Assembly (NCBI GenBank): GCA_030248215.1
Contig: JASANG010001519.1
Span: 124,001 to 188,000 of the forward strand
DNA length: 64,000 nucleotides
From: Enoplolaimus lenunculus
Lineage: Eukaryota
Direction: 5' to 3'
Shown piece by piece: positions 50,298 through 63,167 of this stretch (position 1 is its first letter; every line of letters starts with the position of its first letter). Position numbers and translations under genes: made by a program. Under the pieces are notes generated by a model. It was not told the origin of the DNA, ran no database searches, and saw only the letters and a list, made by a program, of their open reading frames with translations.

Positions 50298-53200
50298 ATG
50301 GCATTCACAACACCCGATCTGCGAACAATCTTTTCTTGTGGAGTATTTTCACTCATTTTACTAATTATATATCGACAAAATTCCGACCACGTTTCAGTTG
50401 AATCTGCTCAAATCCTTAAAGATCGCTTTAAAATCGAGAAGCTAATCGTTACTACAGGCAGCAACAAACATCTTACCCCAAGTGATGGTTCAGTAAATAG
50501 TTCGACCCGATATTACTTGACAACAAAACCCTCGTTCAATTTGAATCAAACGCACAACTCAACTGACCACATTCCACGTCATTTTATGCGACGGCTGTCT
50601 TATAGCCAGAATATCAATAATACTGCCTTTTTAGGCCATATTTTGATGCCTCCGTTTCCGCCTGGAACATTTCCGATGGGATCTAAGATTTATCCGCCAA
50701 TCATTGACGACCGACGCAAACTTTTGTTTTGTTTGATACCGAAAAATTGCAATTCTCAGTTTAAAGGTACAAATTCAACGCTCAGCTGCCTCGCCGTTAT
50801 CTGTATACCACTGCGCAGTTAAAATATTATTGTTCTATGTCTTCAGCAGAGGCTGAAGTGGGTAAGGATTTTTTACCCGACCCGCGATTTATCCAGGCAA
50901 ACAAGTATTTTGTACCCGCGGGTAGACCCACGCAAAACGGATCTACTCACAACCCACCTTTTATCCGCGCCTGAAGTTAAACCAGTATTTTAAAGATTGC
51001 TGGTGATTCGATCTTTAATGAAGTTTAGCGATATAGATTCAATGAATTTTACAAATTAAATTTTACTAGAAACAACAAAATTTCAAACCCAACTAAATAA
51101 AGCACTGGGCAGCACCTGACCAGAAATAAAACAGACTATAGTGTATATAAGTTTTCCACCTTAAAGCTTAAAAGTTTGTCGCGGGTAAATACTGTGAATT
51201 TTTACCTGCGCGACAAAAATCTTTACCAGCGGGTATACCCGTGCCTGAAATTCTTTACCGGATCCGCGTGATTTTGTTTACCCGAACCGCGTTTACCCGC
51301 GGATAAGCGCAGGTACCCACGGGTAATGTCCCACTCTGGTCTTCACTCGTTGTGTTACTCACGTTTTAGAAACAGGAAATTTCAAAATCAAACTTCTGTC
51401 TAAAAAAACTCCAGAATTGAATTAAAATTCGAATTCAACTTGGCTTTACTCATTTCAAAATATTGATTTTTTTAGATTCAACTTGTGCTTGACAAGCTAC
51501 TGCCTTGCATTCAGACGTTTTGAATGCTTTAATTTCCTTAATTGGTTGGGGTAAACTTGCTTATTTCAGCTTTATTTTGCCTGACTCGTTTAATGATGCC
51601 TGGGATGTTTCAAGTACAAAACGATCCAAAGAAATCACACAACGTTAAAGAATGCGACGATTACAGTAGACGTTTTGCTACTGTACTCAATCAGACAGAA
51701 CGGTAGCAAAAATTAATTACTAAACATAAATGCCGTTGTCAAATCGAAATATTTCTAAAACAGGGAACATTGGGAGACATAATAGTAGAAAAAAGCTTAT
51801 TTTTAATGCTAAACCTTAATACAAAATCTTGGCTTTGATCCCGGCTGAGGGGCCTAGGCCGGTGTAGCCCCCCTCCGTGGCTCGGCCAATGATAAACACG
51901 TTTCTATTTTTACTTGAATACCATAAAAAGCACTCCTACAAAACCGATTTTACGAAAGTGCAATTAGTAACGTCTACTAGCGTTCTGATTGCAACACATC
52001 ATAGTAGTCATGGTCCATGTAAAGATCTGGGGCGAAGCGTTTTTCTGTGCGACAAGAATAGCGTAACCTCAGGCTAGACAATTTGTTTGCTTGGCTTAGG
52101 CTTACGCTTAGGAATAAACTCATTTTCACGCTTAGGTTTACGTTTAGGCTTAGGCTTAGACTTAAGAATAGGCTTATAATACTGTTCCACCCATGTTCTT
52201 TACATTGGCCGTAGTCATAAATGCATCTTCCGTATATGCAAAACATCATGTGTGGACAGTTACAATCATTTTAGTCTAAGAATAGATGCTGGCAAAGTTT
52301 ACATCCGCCAGATTTTTTCAAAACGCCAAAACCAAAACTACATATTATATCCATTATTGATCGCTATACCAAAGTTTTTAATTTAATAATATTGCTCAGC
52401 TATTGGCACCGTTTTAAATTATTTGTAAAATAGGAAATGCCACTCAACGGCTTTGTCACTGAAAACACTGCAAGTGGTGTTCTAAATTAAATATTTTGCG
52501 TCGAAACACGACTATTAGCTATTGCGATATAGGCTTATGTTACTTTTAGTGGCGTTCAGGTTTCTGATGGGTCTGTAAAAGAATAGGTATAGATTCTCGA
52601 TTACATTTTTTGCTTAGGATTAGTCTTAGGCATAGGAACACACTTTTGCAACGCTTAGGCTTAAGAATACGCTAAATCTACTGTACGCCCCTTAAAGTAA
52701 CATTGGCCACAATATCTGTCACGTTAAAAAAGTAATACCCTTGATTTGATCAGTTTTCTAAGGCTGATTTCCGTCCCATATCTAAATACAGATATATTAG
52801 CCTCAAAAAGCAGTCAAAATGTAAAAAATGTTGCGCTTTCAGGAATCAGATTTGGCACAACAAAGCGTTTCAAAAATGGGTTGTTATCCGAGATCCGTTT
52901 GAGCGATTCATATCCGGATATGTGGACATTTGTTTTCGGTTCAAAAACTGGCGAACAGTGCAAAACTCGACGTTTGATGATAATCTGCCGTGTTACGCCT
53001 GCGGTTCTGACCTATCGTGCTTTATAAAAGCTACTGCAGAAATGCTTCGTAACAAATCACAAAGTATTCGTGAAAATTTCAAAGAGTCGAATCCTGATTG
53101 GATATACCACTTCTATCCTCAGTATTGGTATTGTGATTTTCAAGCACAACTAGCCAATTACCGGCTGTATCGGTACAATTCAACCAATGGTTTCAAAGAG

Positions 53201-54269
53201 CAACTTCGAAATGATTTGATAGCTGAAATCAATTGGCCCAAATGGATTGTAACAACAGGTTGGGGGAAACAAAAGTAAGCTGATTGGTTGGTTCATTTTA
53301 AAATTTTGTTCTTTCTTATACAGCCATTTTTGGGTTGCTGGAAATTGATGTCGGAGAAAGTTTTTCATGCTCTTGAGATGAAATAAGTTTTAAACCAATT
53401 GATAGCGAAGGTATTCACAAAAATATGGCATTACTTCAAATATTTTGAGGGAAATTTTAAGTTTCTGGTTAGCAAAAATGGCCCATGTATAGAATAGGGC
53501 CGGATCGTTTTCCGGTGGGGCTACAATAGAGTCAGTTTATGCTTTAGACTAGTTTTTTTGCTTAGGCTTAGGCTAAGAGTTAGGCTTGGGCTTAGGAATA
53601 GGCTCATCCATACGCTTAGGCTTAGGCTTAGGCTTAAGAATATGGATATAATACTGTTCCGGCCTTGTTCTATACATGGGCTGCCAAAATAATATATATT
53701 TTAAAAATTAAAAATGGGAAATTTATCCATATTTACTGTTAAAATTCGTTTGTTGTGCTTATGACACCAAGACGTTTTGCACTGGGTTATTGTTCAGTTG
53801 TTTTTGGTTTCGATGATAACGAAAATTCGTACGTGCACAAGCAAACTAGAGCCTAATCTATGAATTTATTATTGGTCCATGAAAAAAGCTTAAGTATAAT
53901 AAAGTTTATTCTTACCAATAAGCTTAATCTTATGCTTAGGAATATGCTTATACTACTGCTACGTCCGTGTTCTATAGATTGGCTATACGATTTTGCAAAT
54001 TTAGTATAAAACACCATTCTACCCCTTGTTTCAGTGACCAACCGTTCCTTGGAATTTCAACGTCACATAAATCTAACACAACTCGTAAAGCGTTATATTT
54101 TGAACAAATTCAAAACAACATTACACTAGCGAATACTTTATTCGAAGCGTACATTGTCGATTTTATGGCGTTCAAATTTTCGATGCCCAAATGGGTTTTT
54201 GGACTATGTGAAAAACCTTCGAAAAATCATGATCACTTGCTGTGCGAATGGGCCAAACGCCGACTGTAA
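50298..54269 (+). CDS. Sulfotransfer_2-family (CHST-like) type II membrane protein, paralog B, ~422 aa
   Basis: Exons 50298-50766, 51570-51702, 52843-53274, 54035-54269 (1269 nt, in frame). TM IFSCGVFSLILLIIY; FCLIPKNCNSQFK; VIRDPFERFISGYVDIC; HFYPQYWYCDFQAQL. Intron positions and phases are identical to paralog A (exon 2 is 133 nt in both). Confidence 0.9.
52012..52210. mobile_element. TTAGGC-bearing MITE family A copy, perfect TSD GTAGTCAT
   Basis: TIRs GGTCCATGTAAAGA / TCTTTACATTGGCC; TSD at 52004-52011 and 52211-52218; in intron 2 of sulfotransferase B. Confidence 0.85.
53480..53682. mobile_element. TTAGGC-bearing MITE family A variant
   Basis: TIRs GGCCCATGTATAGAA / TTCTATACATGGGCT; TSD GCAAAAAT/GCCAAAAT. 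Confidence 0.8.
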
Positions 54270-55436
54270 TGCAGGTGATTTTAACGTTTGGAGTGAATCA
54301 ATCTACCAGCGGCGATATTTTTTGAGTTTAGAGAAACAAATTCAAGCATACACTGCAAAAAATGGTGAGCCAAATTGACTCTCTCTGAAATAGGATCTAC
54401 GGAACTACTCAAACTGAGTCGAATTTGACTCCATGTTTTGAGCAAACCAATCTACCAGCGGTGTTATTTTTGTGTTTGGTGGAAAAAAATTAGCCATACA
54501 CTGCAAAAAATGGTGAATCAAATTTCAAATTATGTTAAATCGGTTGCAAAAAATTACATTTCTTTCAAATTTAACTTAGACGAACTGAAAAACCTTGCCA
54601 ATCTTGAATTTTTAATCGAGAAATACTGATACCAGGCGCAGCTGAAATTGTTAAATTGTAATTCGTGGCGAAACTGTTTTTCTATATATTTCAAAAACTA
54701 AGTGACACTTTTGGTGCCGATTTTTTATAATATGTATATGTCATTGTCCGCCCCCCCCGTCAGATATTTTTGGATGCGCTACTAAACTGCCGCATTGTAC
54801 AACGGTGGCAAGAATTCCTCGAATTTTTGCAATGTCAAATATAATAAATAATTTGAAACAACAAAAGGTACACCAACAGCTCATTACTAAATTAAACCAA
54901 AAACTTTGTTGGTTTTAACAAGAGTCTATAATGACTTTTTCCAAAAGTGTGCAACTGGGTACACAATGTGCATGCGAATTTTCTTATCACAGAACAATCA
55001 CGTTTGTGTTGTAAGAAAATACAGTAAAGTAATGCTGGGAAGTTGTCCAAAATACGTATGTATTGCATTATAACATTAATATAACGGTTCAAACTTAGAC
55101 AATTGTATCACAAACTTGCATAAGCAATCGATTTTATCCGCAAAGCTGTTAAACGTTGTTTGTTCGAAAGTTTCTTTTAACTTCCACAAAAGTTTACATA
55201 CTGTCTTGCCGCACAGAAATCAGCCAATGGTTTCATTTCGCATCAATCCGCATCAGTTTATCCGTACACATGGTAGCATTTGCGGCATATCGCAATGGAA
55301 AATGTCTTTCTTTTTACTTTTCTACCGTCGAATACTTTTCTTGTACACCTCAAACTTCGCCGAACCACCGTTTATTTCTGTTTAACAGTTTGTGATAATC
55401 ATTTGGTCTCAACGAATATAAGTGTTTCGTGTGTCG

Positions 55437-57553
55437 TCACGATTGCACCCAGAATACCATTAAATATTCACTGCGTACAAGTTGCACGCTTACTGCAATT
55501 ACAACGCAACACAGTGCAATCAGAGTTTCGGCAGTGAACGGTTTCAGTTTCTGCGATCCACGATCGATAAGGCCTTTTCTTGAAAGGCTTCGTTCGCCGT
55601 TACAAAAATCCGTTGTGCATAAACATTTTTTCGCTTGAATGCCCTGTAAATCCGTATGATAGCACCGATCACCACCAGTGTGCACTTCGTAGATGCAACC
55701 TTTTGAAACAGCTTGTTTGCCTGTAAAAATTACATAGCTAATGTTTTATATTTTTGAAAAAATTGCACTTCCACATTCGTAGAAGTAAGCGTGGCGCTGT
55801 GCTTGTCGTACGGCGCCGTCCGGTTTCGTCTGTCGCATTCCCACCGTGTGCGTCACTGTCCGTCACCATACGGTGTCGTACGCGAGCAATTCCCGAACGA
55901 TGCCGCGCGGTGACGCTCAGAGCCGGACGTCATTAAAAGCATAGCGCCGCCCATTGCGGTTTACAAGCAATACTAGTGGTACACTCGCGTAAACGTCTTG
56001 CTTTAAGTAGCATAAGTGATGCGAACGCTATGCCCTTTATATTAAACTAATTGTACGGGCGTTTATGTGTCTGCAACTCAAAATTAGCGACATACGACGG
56101 CAAAATTAGCGTATCACAAACCTGTAGTCGGATTAAAAACTTCAATTCGTACACACACGTTTGCTTCACACATGCCACTGTTGCAAACGCCCATTGTATT
56201 TTCGCAGTTGTAACATCGTATTGAGCAACCTAAAACCAACGCCTTACAAGATAAGAGACCGCGGACTGTGCGCAGAACACGAGACGGTCTCTTCAGCTAT
56301 TAAAAATTTTGGCCAATGTAAAGAACAGGGACGGAACAGTATTATAAGCATATTCCTACACCTAAGTCTAAGCCTAAGCGTAAGAATGAGCCTACTCCTA
56401 AGCCTAAGCCTAAGCGTAAGAATGAGCCTACTCCTAAGCCTACGCCTAAGCCAGGCAAAAAATTAGTCTAAAGCTTAAGCTTACTCTTTTCTAGTATCGC
56501 AGAAAAACATTCCGGCCGTGATCTTTACATTGGCCACGATATTGTAAACAATACCTAAGCGTAGGAATCTGATCGATCTGCATTCGTGGAATTTTGCGCA
56601 AAAGTAAAAGCGTCAGACGCCAAGTTTTGTGATCGTTATGGCACTATTGCAGTTTTCTTACGACGACAGGGTAAAAGTTTCAGTTAGGATTAGGCTTAGG
56701 CTTAGACGTATTGGCTTGGACGTAGGGCGCCCGCAGAAAATAATTACTGGGCTTATAAGTTTTGGCGAGCATCTTCAAACGGTACAAAACTGGTTTGATT
56801 TAAGCGGAGCAGCCGAAAGTCAAACCAAACGACGCATTCGTAGAATTTCGAGAGCAAACTGAACGAAATCCCAGAAACCAATTACAGCAATTTATTAGGT
56901 CGTAATGCAATATTCAAATTCACATAATGGGACAGCGTAAGGCACGCTTGCAAAGGAATAAAGTGAAACAGCCCAAAAATTCGGAGCCATCGCACGGTTT
57001 AGTCGGAAAAGGTGGGATGGTATTGTCGATCCACATATGCTCTGTGGTCTGTAAGGTCACCGTGTAAACGTAAATATATACGACACAAAAACTGTGATGG
57101 CTGAATTTAAAATCATTTTGCTTGAATTGCTGAAAGTCTTGCTTTAATTTGCCATCCAATTATGAATAAAAACTAGACTATTCAGAGTACTGGAGTGACC
57201 CAAATAAAAGGTGGTTATAAGAACGGTAGCCATTTTGAGTCCCAATCAATAAGATTCCGTATCCCTAATAAAAGTCCGTAAGTGGATAGAGTCCCTATTA
57301 ACCCTAATTAGAGTCCAAAAATGTCAATTATCCCTAATTGCAGCGTATAATAATGACTGCGCGACCAAATAAAGTTGAGTGTGGACGGGAAGATTGACTC
57401 TTTTCATCGAATAGTTGTGGAACTTTTCAAATTTTGCCTTAACTTAGGATAAAGGCTTGGGATCAGGCTTTGGTCAGGCCACAAGTATACAGAAGACATA
57501 CCAATTAAGCCACATGCATAGTACTGAAACAGCGATATCATTGAAAGATTCAT
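55437..57553 (-). CDS. Three-finger (Ly6/uPAR/quiver-like) cysteine-rich surface protein, ~147 aa, probably GPI-anchored or single-pass
   Basis: Exons 56229-56122 (CSIRCYNCENTMGVCNSGMCEANVCVRIEVFNPTT) and 55720-55437 (GKQAVSKGCIYEVHTGGDRCYHTDLQGIQAKKCLCTTDFCNG, then hydrophobic tail, stop) join in phase and give 10 Cys ending CxCxxxxCN. The first (signal) exon is uncertain: 57553-57502 (MNLSMISLFQYYACGLI, donor GTATGT) or 56990-56924 (MAPNFWAVSLYSFASVPYAVPL, donor GTGAAT). Confidence 0.8.
56311..56535. mobile_element. TTAGGC-bearing MITE family A copy
   Basis: TIRs GGCCAATGTAAAGA / TCTTTACATTGGCC with (GCCTAA)n tracts. Confidence 0.8.
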
Positions 57554-60118
57554 TGGTAGTATTCCGTTGTTCGTTGCGGCAAAATGATGATACGGGGACA
57601 TAAACAAACCTTTATTGGATCCGATTTACGACGCTGATCGCCGCACTGCTGTTGATTTATAATCTTCAAATCTGTTAGTAACTTGCATTTTAATTTTAAA
57701 AAAGTTTTTATTTTATCTGAAAACAATAATTATCATAGTTCTTTGGCCATATTTGCAAGGGTACTCGTAAAAGAACAGGGCCGTCAAAGCACACCAAGCT
57801 ATTAAATACGAAATTTCATACACCTTTGTGAACAAGGCAGTGGTATATACCTCAAAATTTCGGAGGCTTTTGTATGTTCGTAAACGCTCTTTCGAGATTT
57901 TTGTGGTCATATATTAGAGTTGTCATTTTACGTGGATCAGTGAATAAATTGGCGCATGTAACGATCAGGGACGGAACGTTTTTCTGTGGGACTGCAATAG
58001 AGTAAGCTTTAGCTTTAGACTAATTTTTCTGCTTCGCTTAGGCTTAGGCTTAAGCTTAGGAATATGTGCATTCTTACGCTTGGCTTAGGTACTCTCTAAA
58101 AACTTGAACTTAAAGTATAGCTTAACTAAACTTGAATAGTGTTACTAAAACTTAAACGGCTGGACTGATTAACTAAACTAGAATTTTAAGTTTTATTTAA
58201 ACTAACACGTTTTAAACTTTAACACGAGTTTAAGTAAACTTTTTTAGTTTAAGTAACAAGTGCAGCACTGAAATCGTGTGTAACTAAGAGTTCATAAAGT
58301 TTAGCTTAAACTGAAAAATGTAAGATTTTACATGAGTTTAACTGTAAAGCTACCTGTTTAGTTAATCTAGAAAGTTAGTTTAATACTGCTGGATAACTTT
58401 AAGCTTAAATCTAGTTAGTTTAATCCTATAGAGAGTATTCATTTATTTACCAGCTGACAAAAGCATAATTTCGAATGACGATCTCTATGCGGTGTTGAAA
58501 TTTATGTCTTGCTCACTTTACAACACAATCAAATACGGTACGTCAAACGTAATAGAAAGCAAATATTAATGTATTTGAATATTGGCCCCAGCGGGTACAT
58601 AAAACGACGCAAAATGGCCAAAATATTAATAAATCGAAATACGCACAATTTTATAAAAATATTCCAGCTGTAAGATTATAAATTGACTGCACAACTGTGA
58701 AACAAAGCATTTTTACCTTCAAAATTTAATTTACTTTCAATATAATAACGGCGTAAATAGATTACTTCAAAATGGTCCACAGGGGTATGATAGCGGCACG
58801 ACCCCCACATACTATATAAAACAGTATGAGTATTTGTTTTGAGATAAAAAAATGTTGCCAATGGTTTTAAGGCAACAAAGCATCACTGTAAATTCAAATG
58901 AGTTGGAGTTGTCTCTGAACGAGTTGATTAATTAAGTCAGACTGAATTGAATCAATTCAAAATTCTGAGTTCGGATAGTCCTAACTCAGACTGAGTGATT
59001 CAACTCATTGTGAGTAAAAATAAACTCACTGAAATTTGCATGGTTGGAGGATGTTTTTTTTCTTTGAGCTTCTGAAAAATGATGTTTAACCCGTGTCGTA
59101 TACAAGTCTGCCTGCACGTCAACAATCAGCGATTCTGACAGATTTTCAGGAGAGCATACAAGGATTGCAGATGACTGATAAAAGCGAAGATGTAACGTTT
59201 CTACACTGCAAAAAATGGCGATTCAAATTGACTCTCTCTGAAATAGGCTTTTCGAAACTACACAAACTGAGTCAACTTCGACTCCGCCAGAAGAATAAAT
59301 GGTTCCTGTACAATTTTAAAAGCCTCAAATTCTAAATGCAGAAGAATTTCCGTTTTCTGTCAACATTTACTACGTGTGTTTGGATCAAAACTTAACCTTT
59401 ACGCTTATAGGAACTTTGTTAAATCAATTTTTACTTGTCTACAAGCAACATTCGCCAAGGCGTGATTGCTTGAATTTCTACAAATGCCCAATGGAAGGTA
59501 ACGGTTGTTTTTATGTATGTCAACAAACCATCCACGCTACACCCTACTACCTCATAGTGGTGGCGTTGTTTGTGTATTACAGGCAGTGAACATTTCATTT
59601 TAAGTCACAGATCATTAAGCATACAACTCATCGAAGCGTATATATGATATAAAGTTTTCAATCGTAAGCCTAGTCGCGCTTATAATACTCTTTGAGTTGG
59701 CAAAATTTTAATTTGACTGCGTAAGGGCCGGTCCTATGGGACCAAGGTTATTCGTCCTGGTTGAATTCTTGTAACTCATCAGATGATGAAACCAAAATTT
59801 TATACAATGAAAGTTGTATTTGTTTGAACGACGGTAATAAAAATGTGTCAAAAACTGTCTGTATCCGGTATCAGACGCGGTCAGGTGAAACAAATGGCTC
59901 TCGTGTCGTTTTTACCTTCACAGGTTTCGAATTATTCAAATTTTAACATAATTTAAACATACGATTAATTTGCTTAGGCTTAAGCTTGTACAGAAAAGGT
60001 GAATAGATTTTAAAAAATTCCTATTTTTGGGTATGTATACAGGTTGTCAGATAATGGTGAGTATGATGTCTGATAGTCAATAAATATGTAGCAGAAGTTG
60101 AACTAGAGGATATGCACA

Positions 60119-60326
60119 GGCCAATGTAAAGAACAGGGGCGGAACAGTATTATATGCCTACTTCTAACCCTAAGCGTAAGCCTAAAGCATAAGCGTAAGA
60201 ATGAGCATGTTCCTACGGCTAAGCCTAAGCCTAAGCTTAAGCCAAGCAAAAAATTGGTGTAAAGCTTAAGCTTGTTATATTCTAGTCCCACAAAATAACA
60301 TTCCGCCCCTGATCTTTACATGGGCC
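60119..60326. mobile_element. TTAGGC-bearing MITE family A copy
   Basis: Same TIRs and interior. Partial copies also at ~43670-43756, 45978-46110, 53874-53983 and 57951-58089. Confidence 0.8.
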
Positions 60327-60463
60327 GGAACACGTTTACCTATACCTAAGCCTGAATGTACGCTTTAACGTGTAAATGCAGGGAAAGAGCGTAAGAGCTT
60401 TAGTAAACTGACCATATCATGTTCGGCTAAAACATAAATATGAAAAATGTGTGCAAGAGCGTA

Positions 60464-60962
60464 CACTGCAAAAAATGGTGAGTCAAATTGACTCTGGTCG
60501 AAATAATATTTTCGTGACTACACAAACTGAGTCAAATTAAGGATTTTACCAAATATCGCAAAATAAGTTCAACAAATTGAACTCTGGCGGAGTCGAATTT
60601 GACTCAGTTTCTGTAGTCTCGTAGAGCCTATTTTGAACAGACTCAATTTGACTCACCAGTGTTTGCAGTGTATATAGCTAAATATTCAATTAAACTATCA
60701 TATAATTACTAAAATCGCTCATAAATATGTAAGTACAAAACTGCGAAAAATAGTGAGTCAAATTGACTCTCTCTGAAACAAGCTCTACGGGACAACTCAA
60801 ACTGATTCAAATACGACTCCGCCAGAGTCAATCCGCCAGAGTCAAATTCGACTCACTGAGTCGCACTTTTGAGTCTGGTGGAGTCTAATTTGACTCAGTT
60901 TGAGTTGTCCCGTAGAGCCTATTTCAGAGAGACTCAATTTGACTCGCCATTTTTTTCCAGTG
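60464..60962. mobile_element. Two adjacent palindromic CACTG-terminal MITE copies (60464-60670, 60740-60962)
   Basis: TA|CACTGCAAAAAATGG...TTTGCAGTG|TA. Half copies at 54351, 59204, 61513 and 61669. Confidence 0.8.
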
Positions 60963-62884
60963 TATATGTTTATAGTATCTGGCAATGGTCTAATGAATTT
61001 TAGCAGCATTCGGCCGTTATTTGAACAGTTTCATCAAATTCAATGATTGATATCTGTCATAAACTTGTACACCGCAGCGCAAAAGTTAAATTTGTTTTTA
61101 TGTGCGGCACATTTTCATCACCCAGTGCAATCAAGCAATTGAAGCGTAACTCGTGTATAAAAACAGCGCCGGCAGAACACGGGAATTCCGGGGTCAAACT
61201 TGGCCAACTCTTCAGGATTTTTGTCCATCATGGTTTGTTTAGGCTTTTGTCAGTTGGTTAAACAACAAATCAGTGTCTCATGGAAATTTTTGTGGGACGT
61301 CGCCTCGAGGTTTCGAACATCTGGCTCCGACCATCCATGTGCAGACTATTTTTGAACAAACCAGTAATGCCATTTTTAAACTTGTTTTTAGTTTCTAAAC
61401 ACTGGAACTGTTTCTGAGGGTAGGACCAACGCAATTTGTTTAGCGGTTCAATTCAATTCAAGCTTTAAACGACGTTAATTCGGTTGATACTGTGAGAACG
61501 AATGTAAGCCTACACTGCAAAAAATGGTCAGTCAAATTGACTCTCTCCGAAGCACTGGACTACACAAACTGAGTCAAATTCGACTCCGCCAGAGTCAAAG
61601 TTTCTATCCTTATAATCTATCTACTACTTTGGCACAAATAAACTCAAGTTTGACGTATCGTCGTAACTACACAGCAAAAAATGGTGAGTCAAATCGACTC
61701 TCTACGAAATAGTCTCTGCGAGAATCTACACAAACTGAGTCAACTTCGGCTCACTGAGAGTCGCACGTACCATCTGAGTACAGGAAACGTTGTCGGTGCG
61801 AATGCCTTAGATCATATGCACTTAAAAGGGTGGCATAGTTTGTGTTTGCAATTAATTGCCTTGTTCCATTCATTACCACACTATTTATAGTTGCTGTGTT
61901 TTATGGTGACAAAAAACTACTTAAAGGCGTTTCGTCAACTTTTATGAGGAACTCATTTTTGCAACGCTTAGGCCTAGGCTTAGGGACACATTTTTGCAAC
62001 ACTTAGGTTTAGGCTTAGGCTTAGGAATACGCTCAATATACTGTTACGCCCCTAAAAGTAACATTGACCATAGTTGCTGTGTTTTATGGTTCACAAAAAA
62101 TTACTCAACGGCATTTCGTTAACTTTGAAACATTGCAGAATATTTACTGACGTAGAACTTTGATAAAAACCTAGCGAGCAAACGAGCGATTGAAAAGCCA
62201 GACGTAAAATTTTGTATTAAATCATCCGGTAACAATAGTGGCATTTCTGGTTCATGCTTTGAATGTATAACCCACTTAAACCCGGTAATACGCGTATCGC
62301 AATAGCACAGAGTGCAAATTTAACTCCCAACTTGCCGCTTGGCGATCTTTCTTATAATCGTAGACGTAACGTAGATGCACTGTAAATTCCAATGAGTTGA
62401 ATAATCAACTCAGCTGGGGAGTTAGTTATTTCTGAGTTAATAACACTAAGCATTAATTCACTTTGAGTTGACTTCATTTTCAGTCGCAGTATATTTGATT
62501 CCGGGTGAGTGGATCAGTTAATTCAGATTGAGTTGCATCAACTCACAATTCAGAGTTCTGATAGTTTTAAACTCAGACTGAGTGATTCAACTCATTCTGA
62601 GTTGAAATCAACACACTGGAATATACAGAGTAGCGTCGCAGGCTAAGAATTTTTTGACGTCTTTAAACGCCAATCGATGCAGATTTTCACACAAAATTGA
62701 AACTTTGTGAGTGTAAGAAAGACCTTACCATTTTATCGTTTATTTTTGCAATATTAAACTTGCATGTGCGATTTATTAAATTTAATTTTTGTACTTTGCG
62801 GACTGAGTTTCAGACTGAAACTTCGTGAAAAAAGGTATTTGTCAATATGTCACGGCTTAAACCTGCTACTCAACATTAAGCTTG

Positions 62885-63167
62885 AAGCCCGATTAACACG
62901 TGCAAGTTTTCGCTGCGAGAACTTGCAACTGCAACTTTCACTTGCATGTTTTGTCAAAAATCCTGTTCGAAAAACTTGCAGCTGCTTATAATAAATTCAC
63001 TAAAAATCGAAGCTATGAATTCAGTTCACATGTGTGAACAACCATACCCAAATTCAGTGAATTTATTGCAGCCGCTTTCTCATTGGCTAATAAAAAATAT
63101 AAGTTCTGCGTGCAATATGCAGCTGCCAGTTCTTGCAGCAAAAACTTGCACGTGTGGCTAGGGCTTT
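62885..63167. mobile_element. MITE with TIR AAGCCC..ACACGTGCAAGTTTT
   Basis: AAGCCCGATTAACACGTGCAAGTTTT ... AAAACTTGCACGTGTGGCTAGGGCTT. Confidence 0.75.
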
